A DNA stretch of 64,000 nucleotides from an uncultured bacterium (lineage in GTDB: Bacteria > Zixibacteria > MSB-5A5 > GN15 > FEB-12): NCBI GenBank assembly GCA_965372795.1, contig CBDVDR010000011.1, forward strand, positions 1 to 64,000. Direction: 5' to 3'. Position numbers and translations under genes: made by a program. This document shows, in pieces, positions 27,031 through 36,067 of this stretch. Numbering within the stretch: position 1 is the stretch's first letter; the number at the start of each line of letters is the position of its first letter. The notes beneath the pieces are model-generated. The model was given only the letters and a program-made list of their open reading frames with translations. It did not search any database and was not told the DNA's origin.

Positions 27031-27801
27031 TTACGGACATGAAGCAGGGGCAGGACCTTGCAGGAAAATATAATCAATTAAATAAGTTAAATCCAAAATG
27101 TTAACCTCTTCATAGGGGTCGCCGTCTACGTTAGCTTCAAAGCGACAAACTGGTGGATCTCCACCTTCAAAGAAGTAAGCTATCATATCTGTTAGATCAG
27201 TAATGCCAATTTCATTATCATCGCTATTATTAAAATTACCACGCATACCAATACAACAGGAGACATCTGCAAATACTACCGCACCTTGTATAAACTGGGG
27301 TTTAAATTGATTGGCAAAAGTATCAGAGAAAAAATTGGAATGGACAATATTACCCTGTATTATTGTTAAACTATCAAGCAGCAGAGTATCACCAACCAGA
27401 TCGGTTGGGTGAGAAAAGTAAATATTACCAAGTAAGCCTGAACCACTGGCTATTACGTTTAACAGGATTGGAAAAGAGTATACCATCATTGAATTTGAGC
27501 CTATTGTCGCACCCTTGAAGGTAAAATCACTAGTGCGACCATTTACAAAAGAAAATGAATCGGCAACAATCAGAGGATTGGACCAGGTTACAACAACTTC
27601 AAGCCCGGCTAAATCCTGGTCGTTATAAAAGGTAACAGGTACTACTGTTTTTCCGGAAGGACTGGCATGGACATATCCGACTTTAATAGTATCAGCAATA
27701 CCCGGATCTTCACCAGAAATTTCGCTGGAAAGGGCGTTTGAAGTTAAAACTATCAAACTAAGCATTAATGTTAAAATAATAAATTTTTTCATAATATTCA
27801 T
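27031..27801 (-). CDS. Secreted cohesin-like + dockerin-like domain protein
   Basis: Signal peptide; beta-sandwich (VVPVTFYNDQDLAGLEV...GSGLLGNIYF...FKPQFIQGAV); C-terminal CCIGMRGNFN...ITDLT...ANVDG...ILDLTYLIDYIFLQGPAPASC. Confidence 0.75.
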   Translation of the reverse strand: MNIMKKFIILTLMLSLIVLTSNALSSEISGEDPGIADTIKVGYVHASPSGKTVVPVTFYNDQDLAGLEVVVTWSNPLIVADSFSFVNGRTSDFTFKGATIGSNSMMVYSFPILLNVIASGSGLLGNIYFSHPTDLVGDTLLLDSLTIIQGNIVHSNFFSDTFANQFKPQFIQGAVVFADVSCCIGMRGNFNNSDDNEIGITDLTDMIAYFFEGGDPPVCRFEANVDGDPYEEVNILDLTYLIDYIFLQGPAPASCP

Positions 27802-28039
27802 ATATAATTATACAAGCCTTAAAGCAAAAACAGTGCTAATTCTTTAGAAAAATATTAAAAAACCAAAGTTATCAAATTCCGCAGACCTAAAGTAAGTACA
27901 GTTCAACTAATTCGGTGTAGCACTTGAATATAATTTGTTCCCCACTGTTATGCAAATGAATTCTAGAGATGCTTATGTTGCAAAAATTTTCGTAAATAGG
28001 TGAATAGTAAAGTAATTATACTCTTTGATAAGTAATTGC

Positions 28040-28066
28040 TATATCAATTAAGAATAAAGTCGATAG
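28040..28066 (+). promoter_or_regulatory. Putative sigma28 promoter
   Basis: TATA-N15-GTCGATAG ending 7 nt before ATG 28074. Confidence 0.45.
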
Positions 28067-28073
28067 TAATCCT

Positions 28074-28286
28074 ATGATTAAGAAAAAGACACCTCAGCCA
28101 AAAGGGCGTTGCGCCTATATAATTCCATGTTACCTTGCCGAAGAACTTAAGTGTTTTGGATATAAAACAGATTGTCCACTTTATCAAAAATCCAACGGAG
28201 AGTTTTATAATGAATCACGCTTTAATGATTCGATGGATAAGCTTATAGATAAGACACGGGCAAAGCATCTAAAACTCACTGAATAA
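28074..28286 (+). CDS. Small Cys-rich hypothetical protein
   Basis: 70 aa with four Cys (CAYIIPC...CFGYKTDC). Confidence 0.6.
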   Translation: MIKKKTPQPKGRCAYIIPCYLAEELKCFGYKTDCPLYQKSNGEFYNESRFNDSMDKLIDKTRAKHLKLTE

Positions 28287-28389
28287 CTAAGTTTTGATAT
28301 AATAAATATTATTTTATTGTTCGTTGTTCAGAATTTGAACATTGAGCCGAAAAAATAATAAAATGATAAAATTCTGAAAAGTTGGATTA

Positions 28390-28959
28390 ATGATACTTAC
28401 CGGTAACAAAGAAAAAGATGTCGAATATTACGATAATATCTATAGTAATTGCTATAATACTTCAAATTATATGATTTTATATCAGGAGGTGACAAAAATC
28501 GTCAGTCAAGTCGCCAATCCATCAGTACTTGAATTAGGATGTGGTCTTGGTGATCTCGGAGAACTGTTGATGAAACAAGGAACTCAGTACCGAGGTTTCG
28601 ATTTTAGTGAAATAGCGGTTAATCAATGTTTAAAGAAATATCCGCAGGGTAGTTTCAAAGTAGGGAATGTATATGATCACGAATCTTTTAAGCCGTTTGA
28701 TTATAATATTGCCATTGCATTGGAAGTGTTAGAACATATTAATGATTTAGAAGTAATAGAACATCTTCCGCCAGGTTGTACGTTTATAGCATCAGTTCCT
28801 GATTATAACGACCCAGCTCATTTAAGACTTTATAAAGACCGACAAACTGACATAGTTGAACATTTTAAACCGTATTTACACATTACAGAAATACGATCTG
28901 CCCAAATTCAAAAAGGTTCAACCATCCATCTATTTACAGGGATAAGACAACAAGACTAA
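28390..28959 (+). CDS. Class I SAM-dependent methyltransferase
   Basis: VLELGCGLG, GFDFS, LEVLEHI. Confidence 0.9.
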   Translation: MILTGNKEKDVEYYDNIYSNCYNTSNYMILYQEVTKIVSQVANPSVLELGCGLGDLGELLMKQGTQYRGFDFSEIAVNQCLKKYPQGSFKVGNVYDHESFKPFDYNIAIALEVLEHINDLEVIEHLPPGCTFIASVPDYNDPAHLRLYKDRQTDIVEHFKPYLHITEIRSAQIQKGSTIHLFTGIRQQD

Positions 28960-28994
28960 AGCTATATTTTGACAGTTTGATAACCCGGAATCCA

Positions 28995-29032
28995 GAAAAT
29001 TCTTCCTGAATTCAAAGAAATATCTTCCATTT
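28995..29032 (+). promoter_or_regulatory. Predicted tandem enhancer (UAS) of the flgF sigma54 promoter
   Basis: GAAAATTCTTCC (28995) and GAAATATCTTCC (29017), 22 bp apart, matching the flgB site. Confidence 0.6.
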
Positions 29033-29116
29033 TATAAATATCCGACTCATTAATAGATCGTTTGTCTGTTTCGTAACCTGATGTCAAACAATGGATAAGG
29101 GCGACTGCGTCGCCTT

Positions 29117-29132
29117 TGGCATGGCCTCTGCT
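29117..29132 (+). promoter_or_regulatory. sigma54 -24/-12 promoter of the flgF operon
   Basis: TGGCAT-GGCCT-CTGCT (GG-N10-GC). Confidence 0.75.
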
Positions 29133-29154
29133 TATATGAAAGTGGAGGAATAGT

Positions 29155-29886
29155 ATGATTAAAGGTATTTACACATCAGCATCGGGAATGTTACCGAAAA
29201 TAAAGAAGCAGGAAGTTACGGCTAATAACTTAGCTAACGCTTCAACGCCCGGTTTTAAAAAAGATCGGATATTTGCAAAAGAACTTACCCGAATAGAACG
29301 TAAAAATGCTCCAGTTAAAACTGATTGGGAGCAGCCGATGGTAAATAACGTTTATACCGATTTTTCTCAGGGGATTTTCGAAAAGACCGGAAACTCACTT
29401 GATTTTGCAATTGATGGCGATGGTTTTTTCACCTTACAACTTGATGATGGTTCTCAGGTTTTGACCCGTTCAGGATCATTTGTCGTTAATCAGGATGGGA
29501 TGCTTTCATTTCCCGGCGGTGCCTTACTAATGGGCGAGGGCGGTGCCCTTGAAGTTGGTAATGGAAAAATATCTTTAGGTCAGACCGGGGAAATTGAATC
29601 CAATGGATTATCCGTAGGCAAAATTGTTCCGGTAACAGTTGAAGATCTATCCCTATTGGATAAAATCGGCGGATCATTTTATAAAGTACCGGAAGGAACC
29701 CAACTAATTCCAGTAGAAACTACATCATTCCAGCAAGGATATGTTGAAGCTTCAAATGTTGATATCGTTGCTGAGATGATTGAAATGATAATTTCATTTA
29801 GAGAATATGAAGCTAACTCAAAAGCCATTCAGGCTCAGGATCAATCTTTGAGCCAGCTCTTCAATCGAGTCGGTGGCAATGGTTAG
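29155..29886 (+). CDS. flgF: Basal-body rod protein FlgF
   Basis: ANNLANASTPGFK, TGNSLDFAIDGDGFF, GYVEASNV; precedes flgG. Confidence 0.9.
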   Translation: MIKGIYTSASGMLPKIKKQEVTANNLANASTPGFKKDRIFAKELTRIERKNAPVKTDWEQPMVNNVYTDFSQGIFEKTGNSLDFAIDGDGFFTLQLDDGSQVLTRSGSFVVNQDGMLSFPGGALLMGEGGALEVGNGKISLGQTGEIESNGLSVGKIVPVTVEDLSLLDKIGGSFYKVPEGTQLIPVETTSFQQGYVEASNVDIVAEMIEMIISFREYEANSKAIQAQDQSLSQLFNRVGGNG

Positions 29887-29909
29887 AATTAATTACATAG
29901 GAGTTAATA

Positions 29910-30698
29910 ATGATTAAAGCAATGAGAACTGCTGCTTCAGGAATGATGGCACAGCAGATGAATGTCGATAATATTGCAAATAATCTTGCCAACGTGAACA
30001 CAGCCGGATTCAAGAGGAGCAAAATCGAATTTCAGGATGTTTTATATCAGAACATCCGTAAAGCCGGGACAGCATCAGCTGTTGGGGTACAAGTTCCTGC
30101 CGGTTTATCAATCGGGTATGGAACCAAGGTTGTAGCAACGGTCAGGGAATATTCTGAAGGTGATCTCACTCCCACCGGCAACCCGCTTGATTTAGCAATT
30201 TCCGGAGCTGGTTTTTTCCAGGTTCAGGCTCCTGATGGATCTACCGCCTATACAAGAGATGGTGCATTTAAAATTTCTGCAGAAGGCCGGTTGGTAAACT
30301 CAGATGGTTTTATGATGATTCCTGAAATTTCAATTCCTGAAGATGCAATGTCTATTTCTGTAGGGACGGACGGAATCGTTGAGGTTCAACAGTTCGGTCA
30401 GGATGTTCCCTCTGAAATTGGTCAAATTGAACTTGCCCGTTTTATAAATCCTGCCGGATTGAATGCAATCGGTAGAAATTTATTGATGAGAACCGGTGCC
30501 TCAGGTGATCCTCTGACAGATATTCCCACCCAGAGTGGATTAGGACAGCTTGACCAGGGGTATTTAGAAATGTCAAATGTTAAGGTCGTTGATGAAATGG
30601 TTAATATGATCGTTGCCCAGCGTGCTTATGAAATGAATTCTAAAGCTATTCAAACTGCCGAAGATATGGCACAGATTGCTAATAATCTAAAAAGGTAG
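29910..30698 (+). CDS. flgG: Distal rod protein FlgG
   Basis: NNLANVNTAGFK, EFQDVLYQ, YTRDGAF, QRAYEMNSK. Confidence 0.97.
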   Translation: MIKAMRTAASGMMAQQMNVDNIANNLANVNTAGFKRSKIEFQDVLYQNIRKAGTASAVGVQVPAGLSIGYGTKVVATVREYSEGDLTPTGNPLDLAISGAGFFQVQAPDGSTAYTRDGAFKISAEGRLVNSDGFMMIPEISIPEDAMSISVGTDGIVEVQQFGQDVPSEIGQIELARFINPAGLNAIGRNLLMRTGASGDPLTDIPTQSGLGQLDQGYLEMSNVKVVDEMVNMIVAQRAYEMNSKAIQTAEDMAQIANNLKR

Positions 30699-30705
30699 TT
30701 AACAA

Positions 30706-31398
30706 ATGAAAACTTCTTTTAGAATTATCCTTATCGAAATTTTGTTAGTAATGGTTGTAATGTCTTCGGGTTACAGCATGAATATCGAAGAATCCATAGT
30801 TGTCAAAATGTTTGATAAATATCAACTGGATAAAGAATATTACGAGATCGAAGTATTATCGCACCGATTTAGTAATATTGAAATTGAATCAGATCAGATT
30901 TCAATAAGACCAATGACGGAAAAGGATCCTATCGGGTTATTTACAGTCGCAATTACGGTTAAGCAAGAAAATCAGGATGTGATTTCATCACAGGTACGAT
31001 TGCGAATCAAAAGATTTGCCGAAGTTATTACAGTTAATGACCGCATTAAGAGAAATAAAAAAATCAGTTCTGATCTCCTCGAACTGCAACGCAAAGAGAT
31101 CACTAATCTTAAAGAAAAACCTATTACAGATATAAATGAAGTGCTCGGTTTAAGGTTTTCAAGAAATTTGAAACGAGGACAGATATTAACAACGGCTTCA
31201 GTAGAAACCTTTCCTGATGTCATACGAGGAAGAGAAATAAATATAGTTTATTTTGTCGGCTTATGTAAAATCAGCGCTCTTGGTGTTGTCTTACAGGAGG
31301 GAAGAGCCGGGGATTATATCAAAGTAAAAAATAAATCTTCTGGAAAAATCATTATTGCTCGCGTTGTCGATAACAGCGCTGTGGCAGTTGATCTATAA
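30706..31398 (+). CDS. flgA: P-ring assembly chaperone FlgA
   Basis: Signal peptide, SAF-like C-terminus (VIRG...LQEGRAGDYIKVKNKSSGKII). Confidence 0.88.
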   Translation: MKTSFRIILIEILLVMVVMSSGYSMNIEESIVVKMFDKYQLDKEYYEIEVLSHRFSNIEIESDQISIRPMTEKDPIGLFTVAITVKQENQDVISSQVRLRIKRFAEVITVNDRIKRNKKISSDLLELQRKEITNLKEKPITDINEVLGLRFSRNLKRGQILTTASVETFPDVIRGREINIVYFVGLCKISALGVVLQEGRAGDYIKVKNKSSGKIIIARVVDNSAVAVDL

Positions 31399-31416
31399 TT
31401 GAAAGCTGAGGAAACG

Positions 31417-32004
31417 ATGAGATTTAAGAAAATTATAATACTTATCACTTTGTTGGTACTCCTGCCATTTTCACTTAAACTTAAAGGTGAAGAGTATGGT
31501 CAGTATCAATCTTTATTTACTGATATCAAGGCTCATAAAGTTGGAGATATTCTGACAGTCATAATCTCCGAACAGAGCCGCGCCACAAATCAAGTCACAT
31601 CTAAGAGTGAAAAATCTACCAAAGCTGAGATGTCCGGTGGTCCCGGAGTAGGTCCGCTTGATTTTATCCCTTTGTTTGGAGTTGATGCTCAAAACAAATC
31701 AGCCTTTGACGGTAAAGGTGAAAATACAAGAAATAATAATTTACAAGCCCGAATGACGGTGACTGTTACCGATGTTAAATCAAATGGGGATTTGGTCATT
31801 CAGGGATCACGCACTCTGGGAATATCAGGCGATAAAGAGACCATTGTTTTAAACGGGGTCGTGCGCCAGAAAGATATCTCAGTCAATAACACAATTAAAT
31901 CATATCAAATTGCAGATGCGGAAATTCATTTTACCGGAAAAGGGCAATCCTCAACTGGATCTCGACCCGGTTTTGTAACCCGTATCCTCAATTTCCTGTT
32001 TTAG
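31417..32004 (+). CDS. flgH: L-ring protein FlgH
   Basis: SLFTDIKAHKVGDILTV, GVVRQKDI, SYQIADA. Confidence 0.92.
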   Translation: MRFKKIIILITLLVLLPFSLKLKGEEYGQYQSLFTDIKAHKVGDILTVIISEQSRATNQVTSKSEKSTKAEMSGGPGVGPLDFIPLFGVDAQNKSAFDGKGENTRNNNLQARMTVTVTDVKSNGDLVIQGSRTLGISGDKETIVLNGVVRQKDISVNNTIKSYQIADAEIHFTGKGQSSTGSRPGFVTRILNFLF

Positions 32005-32013
32005 GAGCATCTC

Positions 32014-33150
32014 ATGAATAAAGCAATTCAAAATATGCTGATAACACCTGCCGGAATAATCTTATTGATGTCAATTGTTATGTTTTTTGCAACTCCGGTG
32101 GATGCATCCAAAGTCAGAATAAAAGATATCTGCACCTTTCAGAATAAATCTGATGTCGATTTAATCGGATACGGTTTAATCATCGGTTTAGACGGAACCG
32201 GGGATGGAACCGGAACTCAATTTACAACCCAATCACTCGTTAATATGATGGAAAGAATGGGATTGACTGTAGATGTGAAAAGGGTAAAAGTCAAAAATGT
32301 TGCCGCTGTAATGGTCACAGCCAAAATATCAAGTATTCAATCACAAGGTTCATATTTTGATATTACTGTTTCATCGGTAGGTGATGCTTCATCATTACAG
32401 GGCGGTACTTTGCTAATGACTCCATTGTCCGGACTCGATGGGAATGTCTATGCTACTTGTCAAGGTCCTGTTTCAATTGGTGGTTTTAATGTTCAGGTTG
32501 ATGATGCTAATAAAATTGTAAATAACTATACCCTCGTCGGCCGGGTGCCTAATGGTGGTAAAATTGTTAATGAAGTCATTGAACCGAAAGGATATGATAG
32601 AGAACTCTATTTATCACTTCATTCGCCGGATGTAACAACCGCCTACAGAATCTCGGAAAGAATTAATATAAAATATGGTTTGTCAGCATATCCGATTGAT
32701 GGTGGCAGTGTAAAGATAATTATTCCCGATTCGTTATCTAATCAGATTAATCGGATGAAATTTGTATCTGATATTGGTCTGTTACAAGTGGTCCCAGATA
32801 TTAACGCTCGCGTTGTAATTAATGAAAAGACTGGTACAATTGTGGCTGGTCAAAATGTAACAATTGAGCCGGTAGCGATAGCGCATGGTACAATTACTGT
32901 AGATATCCGTTCAACTCCGATAATATCTCAACCGGAACCGTTTAGTTCAGGTGAGACAATATTAACTCAGGAATCAAGAATTTCTATCAATGATGAACAG
33001 GCTCGCGTAGTTCATTTAAAAGGTGCAGTGTACCTTTCTGATGTTGCCAAGGCTCTGAATAAGATCGGCGCCACCCCGCGTGATATAATTGCAATTTTTC
33101 AGGCTTTAAAACAGGCTGGAGCATTGAGGGCTGAATTGATAATTCTCTAA
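32014..33150 (+). CDS. flgI: P-ring protein FlgI
   Basis: RIKDI, LIGYGLIIGLDGTGD, KNVAAVMVTA, SLQGGTLLMTPL, LKQAGALRAEL. Confidence 0.97.
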   Translation: MNKAIQNMLITPAGIILLMSIVMFFATPVDASKVRIKDICTFQNKSDVDLIGYGLIIGLDGTGDGTGTQFTTQSLVNMMERMGLTVDVKRVKVKNVAAVMVTAKISSIQSQGSYFDITVSSVGDASSLQGGTLLMTPLSGLDGNVYATCQGPVSIGGFNVQVDDANKIVNNYTLVGRVPNGGKIVNEVIEPKGYDRELYLSLHSPDVTTAYRISERINIKYGLSAYPIDGGSVKIIIPDSLSNQINRMKFVSDIGLLQVVPDINARVVINEKTGTIVAGQNVTIEPVAIAHGTITVDIRSTPIISQPEPFSSGETILTQESRISINDEQARVVHLKGAVYLSDVAKALNKIGATPRDIIAIFQALKQAGALRAELIIL

Positions 33151-34076
33151 TGACTATAGCAAGTATTAAAAATTTACCTTTTGTAAGTCCACCGACAGAT
33201 GTGGAAAAATTGAAAGGGACAAAAGCAACTACTCTTGAGGGTGAAAAAGAACGTCTTCAAAATGCAGCCAAGGAATTCGAATCTTTTGTTTTTAATGAAA
33301 TGTTAAAAACAATGAGAAAAACCATTCCGGAAAGTTCCCTTTCCGAGGGATCGCCATTCTCAGGCGGAATGGGGAAAGATATCTTCACCGAAATGTTTGA
33401 TGTTGAATTATCGAAAAAAGTATCAAACGGAGGAAGAAATTCGATCTCTGAAATGCTAACCCACCAACTATCGAAGTTACTTGAGGCAGAATATAAACAG
33501 GATAGTGAACCGGGTAAACTTGATGCTCTTAATAGTAATGATCGAAAATTAATAGAAATTAATTCTAAAAACTTTATCGAAACTCCCAGGAAAATGATTC
33601 CGATAACCCCGACAAAAGAACCGGTAAATACGACAATTTCTCATTCATCATCACGAAAAAAGAGTAATAATCCAATTATTGAAAAATATGGCGACCTGAT
33701 AAATCAAGCTGCAGAAGCACACAATCTTGATTCCGCATTAATCGCATCAGTGATAAAAGCTGAGTCCAATGGCGATCACAAGGCTGTCTCACATGCCGGC
33801 GCCAAAGGATTAATGCAGTTGATTGACTCTACTGCCAGCGATTTAGGAGTGGAGCATGTCTTTAATCCAAAAGAGAATATTATGGGTGGAAGTCGCTATC
33901 TGAAAAAGCTTTACGATAAATATGGCGATGTGAAGCTGGCTCTGGCGGCGTATAACGCCGGACCGGGGAATGTCGATAAATTTGGAGGTATCCCACCGTT
34001 TAAAGAAACAGAAAATTATGTTAAGAAAGTAATGTCAAATATCAGTGAGTTTAATATGACGGAGAAAATAGACTAA
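33150..34076 (+). CDS. flgJ: FlgJ: rod-binding domain fused to an SLT lytic transglycosylase
   Basis: AAKEFESF...MLKTMRKT rod-cap domain; VIKAES, GAKGLMQL, ALAAYNAG and ETENYV GH23/SLT motifs. Confidence 0.88.
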   Translation: MTIASIKNLPFVSPPTDVEKLKGTKATTLEGEKERLQNAAKEFESFVFNEMLKTMRKTIPESSLSEGSPFSGGMGKDIFTEMFDVELSKKVSNGGRNSISEMLTHQLSKLLEAEYKQDSEPGKLDALNSNDRKLIEINSKNFIETPRKMIPITPTKEPVNTTISHSSSRKKSNNPIIEKYGDLINQAAEAHNLDSALIASVIKAESNGDHKAVSHAGAKGLMQLIDSTASDLGVEHVFNPKENIMGGSRYLKKLYDKYGDVKLALAAYNAGPGNVDKFGGIPPFKETENYVKKVMSNISEFNMTEKID

Positions 34077-34101
34077 AGAGAGACAATAAAACCGCCGATA
34101 A
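34074..34101 (+). promoter_or_regulatory. sigma28 promoter of flgN-flgK-csrA-flgL-fliW
   Basis: TAAA-N16-GCCGATAA. Confidence 0.7.
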
Positions 34102-34134
34102 AACGATTACAATTTGGAATTGAGAATATTGGAT

Positions 34135-34620
34135 ATGATTAACAAACTAATTGAAATAGTTGGCAAGGAAGCCGAGCTTTTTGAAACTTTCCTCGCATTG
34201 TTGGAACAGCAACAAAAGCATCTTGTCGATAATAACACAGACGGACTCAATGAAGTCACCCACTTGCAACGTGAGAAGATGGTCGAAAGCCAGATTCTTA
34301 ATAAAGAGCGGGAATCTCTGGTAATTGAGATCAAAAAAGATAATGCAATCGACGGCGATCTCAACATTTCAAAACTCCTGGATTTAGTAGATAAAAATCA
34401 GGCCGAGCGATTGGTTCAGCTTAAAGAATTAATTGTCAGCCTTCACGATCAAATTGCTGAAGTCCGGAATCAGAACGCAGTCTTGTTAAACAGATCCCGT
34501 TCATATATCTCCCGTATGATGAATACGCTTTCTAAAATTAATAGCCCGGCACCGAACTATTCAAAAAACGGAACAAATCAGGAACAACAGCAAACTATCA
34601 GTATAGATAGGAGAGTCTGA
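34135..34620 (+). CDS. flgN: Flagellar chaperone FlgN
   Basis: Helical protein with NxxNxxLL and C-terminal YxxxG...IDRRV; directly upstream of flgK. Confidence 0.85.
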   Translation: MINKLIEIVGKEAELFETFLALLEQQQKHLVDNNTDGLNEVTHLQREKMVESQILNKERESLVIEIKKDNAIDGDLNISKLLDLVDKNQAERLVQLKELIVSLHDQIAEVRNQNAVLLNRSRSYISRMMNTLSKINSPAPNYSKNGTNQEQQQTISIDRRV

Positions 34621-36026
34621 TGCCAGGATTATTTCAAGGATTAGAAATAGGAAAACGGGCGCTTTTAACCCATCAATTTACACTTCAGACAATCGGTCAT
34701 AATATTGCGAATGTAAATACCCCGGGATATTCTCGTCAAAGAGTAAATATCACAACTATGATTCCAGAACAGTCAAATGTGGGATCAATTGGTTCTGGTG
34801 TTAAAGTTGTAGATGTTCGTCATGCCCGCGATTTGTTCCTTGGTGAACAGGTTCGTGAAGATAGTAAATTACTTGGACAATGGTCATACAAATCAAAAAT
34901 ATTATCACAAATAGAATCACTTGTAAATGAACCTAATGAAAATGCTTTAGGTGAATTACTAAACAATTTCTGGTCAAGCTGGTCAGATCTGGCGACCGGC
35001 GATCAAGCATCACGCGATGCTTTGGTCAGTTCCACCCAGGAATTAACGAATGGTTTCCACCAGCTTGCAAATCAGCTCGATAATCTTCGTTCATCAATTG
35101 ATCGTGATCTGGTTAACTTGACTCAGGAAATTAATCGGTATACTTCTGAAATAGCTAATATCAACGGACAGATTCATTCTCAGGAAGCAGGATCTTTTAA
35201 AGCTAATGATCTCCGTGATGTTCGCGACAGGCTTGTCGATGAACTATCGTCGATTGTCGATGTAAATACCGTTGAGCAAGATAATGGTTCTTACACAGTC
35301 TATATCGGTGCTATGACTATCGTAGATGGTAAAGATGATTTACGTATCACAGCTGATGTAGTAAACAAAAACGGAGTTGTAAGCAACCGACTTGTCTGGG
35401 AAAACACAGATAATGAGCTCAAAAACTTTAACGGGCAACTTAAAGGACTGGTTGATTCTCGGGATAATATTATACCGGGTTACATAGATGAACTTCACAA
35501 ATTAGCAGCATCATTGATTGATGAAGTTAATGCTGTTCATCAAAATGGATATGGTTTGGATAATTCAACCGGGCTTAATTTTTTCAAAGATACTTATAAA
35601 GATGCTTTCAATATTGAAATAAATTCGGCACTAATTTCAAATCCGTCCCGGATTGGAGCATCTGGCTCTGTTGATGCAAACGGCAATGTAAATACAGGCG
35701 ACCAAACTATTGCCTTAGCGATTTATGAATTAGGTGAAAAGAAAATATTGGAAAGCGGGACTGCAACTTTTAGTGATTTTTATACAAGTATGATTGGAAA
35801 ACTTGGCGTTGAATCACGTGAAGCTACATCGTTTACAAATAATTACGAACTGCTTTTAAATCAGAGAAATTCTGCGAAAGAAGCGGTTCAAGGAGTTTCT
35901 TTGGATGAAGAGATGACTAATATGATAAGAGCACAGCATGCTTATGATGCTGCAGCGAGAGTTATTACATCCATGGATCAGGCTTTGGATACGGTAATTA
36001 ATGGTATGGGAATTGTTGGAAGATAA
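34620..36026 (+). CDS. flgK: Hook-associated protein FlgK
   Basis: GHNIANVNTPGYSRQ, NDLRDVRD, GVSLDEE, AYDAAARVI. Confidence 0.96.
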   Translation: MPGLFQGLEIGKRALLTHQFTLQTIGHNIANVNTPGYSRQRVNITTMIPEQSNVGSIGSGVKVVDVRHARDLFLGEQVREDSKLLGQWSYKSKILSQIESLVNEPNENALGELLNNFWSSWSDLATGDQASRDALVSSTQELTNGFHQLANQLDNLRSSIDRDLVNLTQEINRYTSEIANINGQIHSQEAGSFKANDLRDVRDRLVDELSSIVDVNTVEQDNGSYTVYIGAMTIVDGKDDLRITADVVNKNGVVSNRLVWENTDNELKNFNGQLKGLVDSRDNIIPGYIDELHKLAASLIDEVNAVHQNGYGLDNSTGLNFFKDTYKDAFNIEINSALISNPSRIGASGSVDANGNVNTGDQTIALAIYELGEKKILESGTATFSDFYTSMIGKLGVESREATSFTNNYELLLNQRNSAKEAVQGVSLDEEMTNMIRAQHAYDAAARVITSMDQALDTVINGMGIVGR

Positions 36027-36049
36027 AAAATAGAAATATAAACAACGGA

Positions 36050-36067
36050 TAAACCAAGGAGGGTTTA
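36050..36067 (+). promoter_or_regulatory. CsrA-type hairpin over the csrA RBS
   Basis: TAAACC-AAGGAG-GGTTTA, a perfect 6-bp stem with the SD/GGA in the loop; ACGGA just upstream. Confidence 0.65.

Noticed and set aside
28327..28353. Possible sigma28 promoter (GCCGAAAA) before the methyltransferase
   Set aside because: The -35 match is poor, so it is not supportable.
29097..29117. Hairpin AAGGGCGAC-TGC-GTCGCCTTT abutting the flgF -24 box
   Set aside because: It may terminate the methyltransferase transcript, but it is far from the stop codon and has a short T-run; function cannot be assigned.
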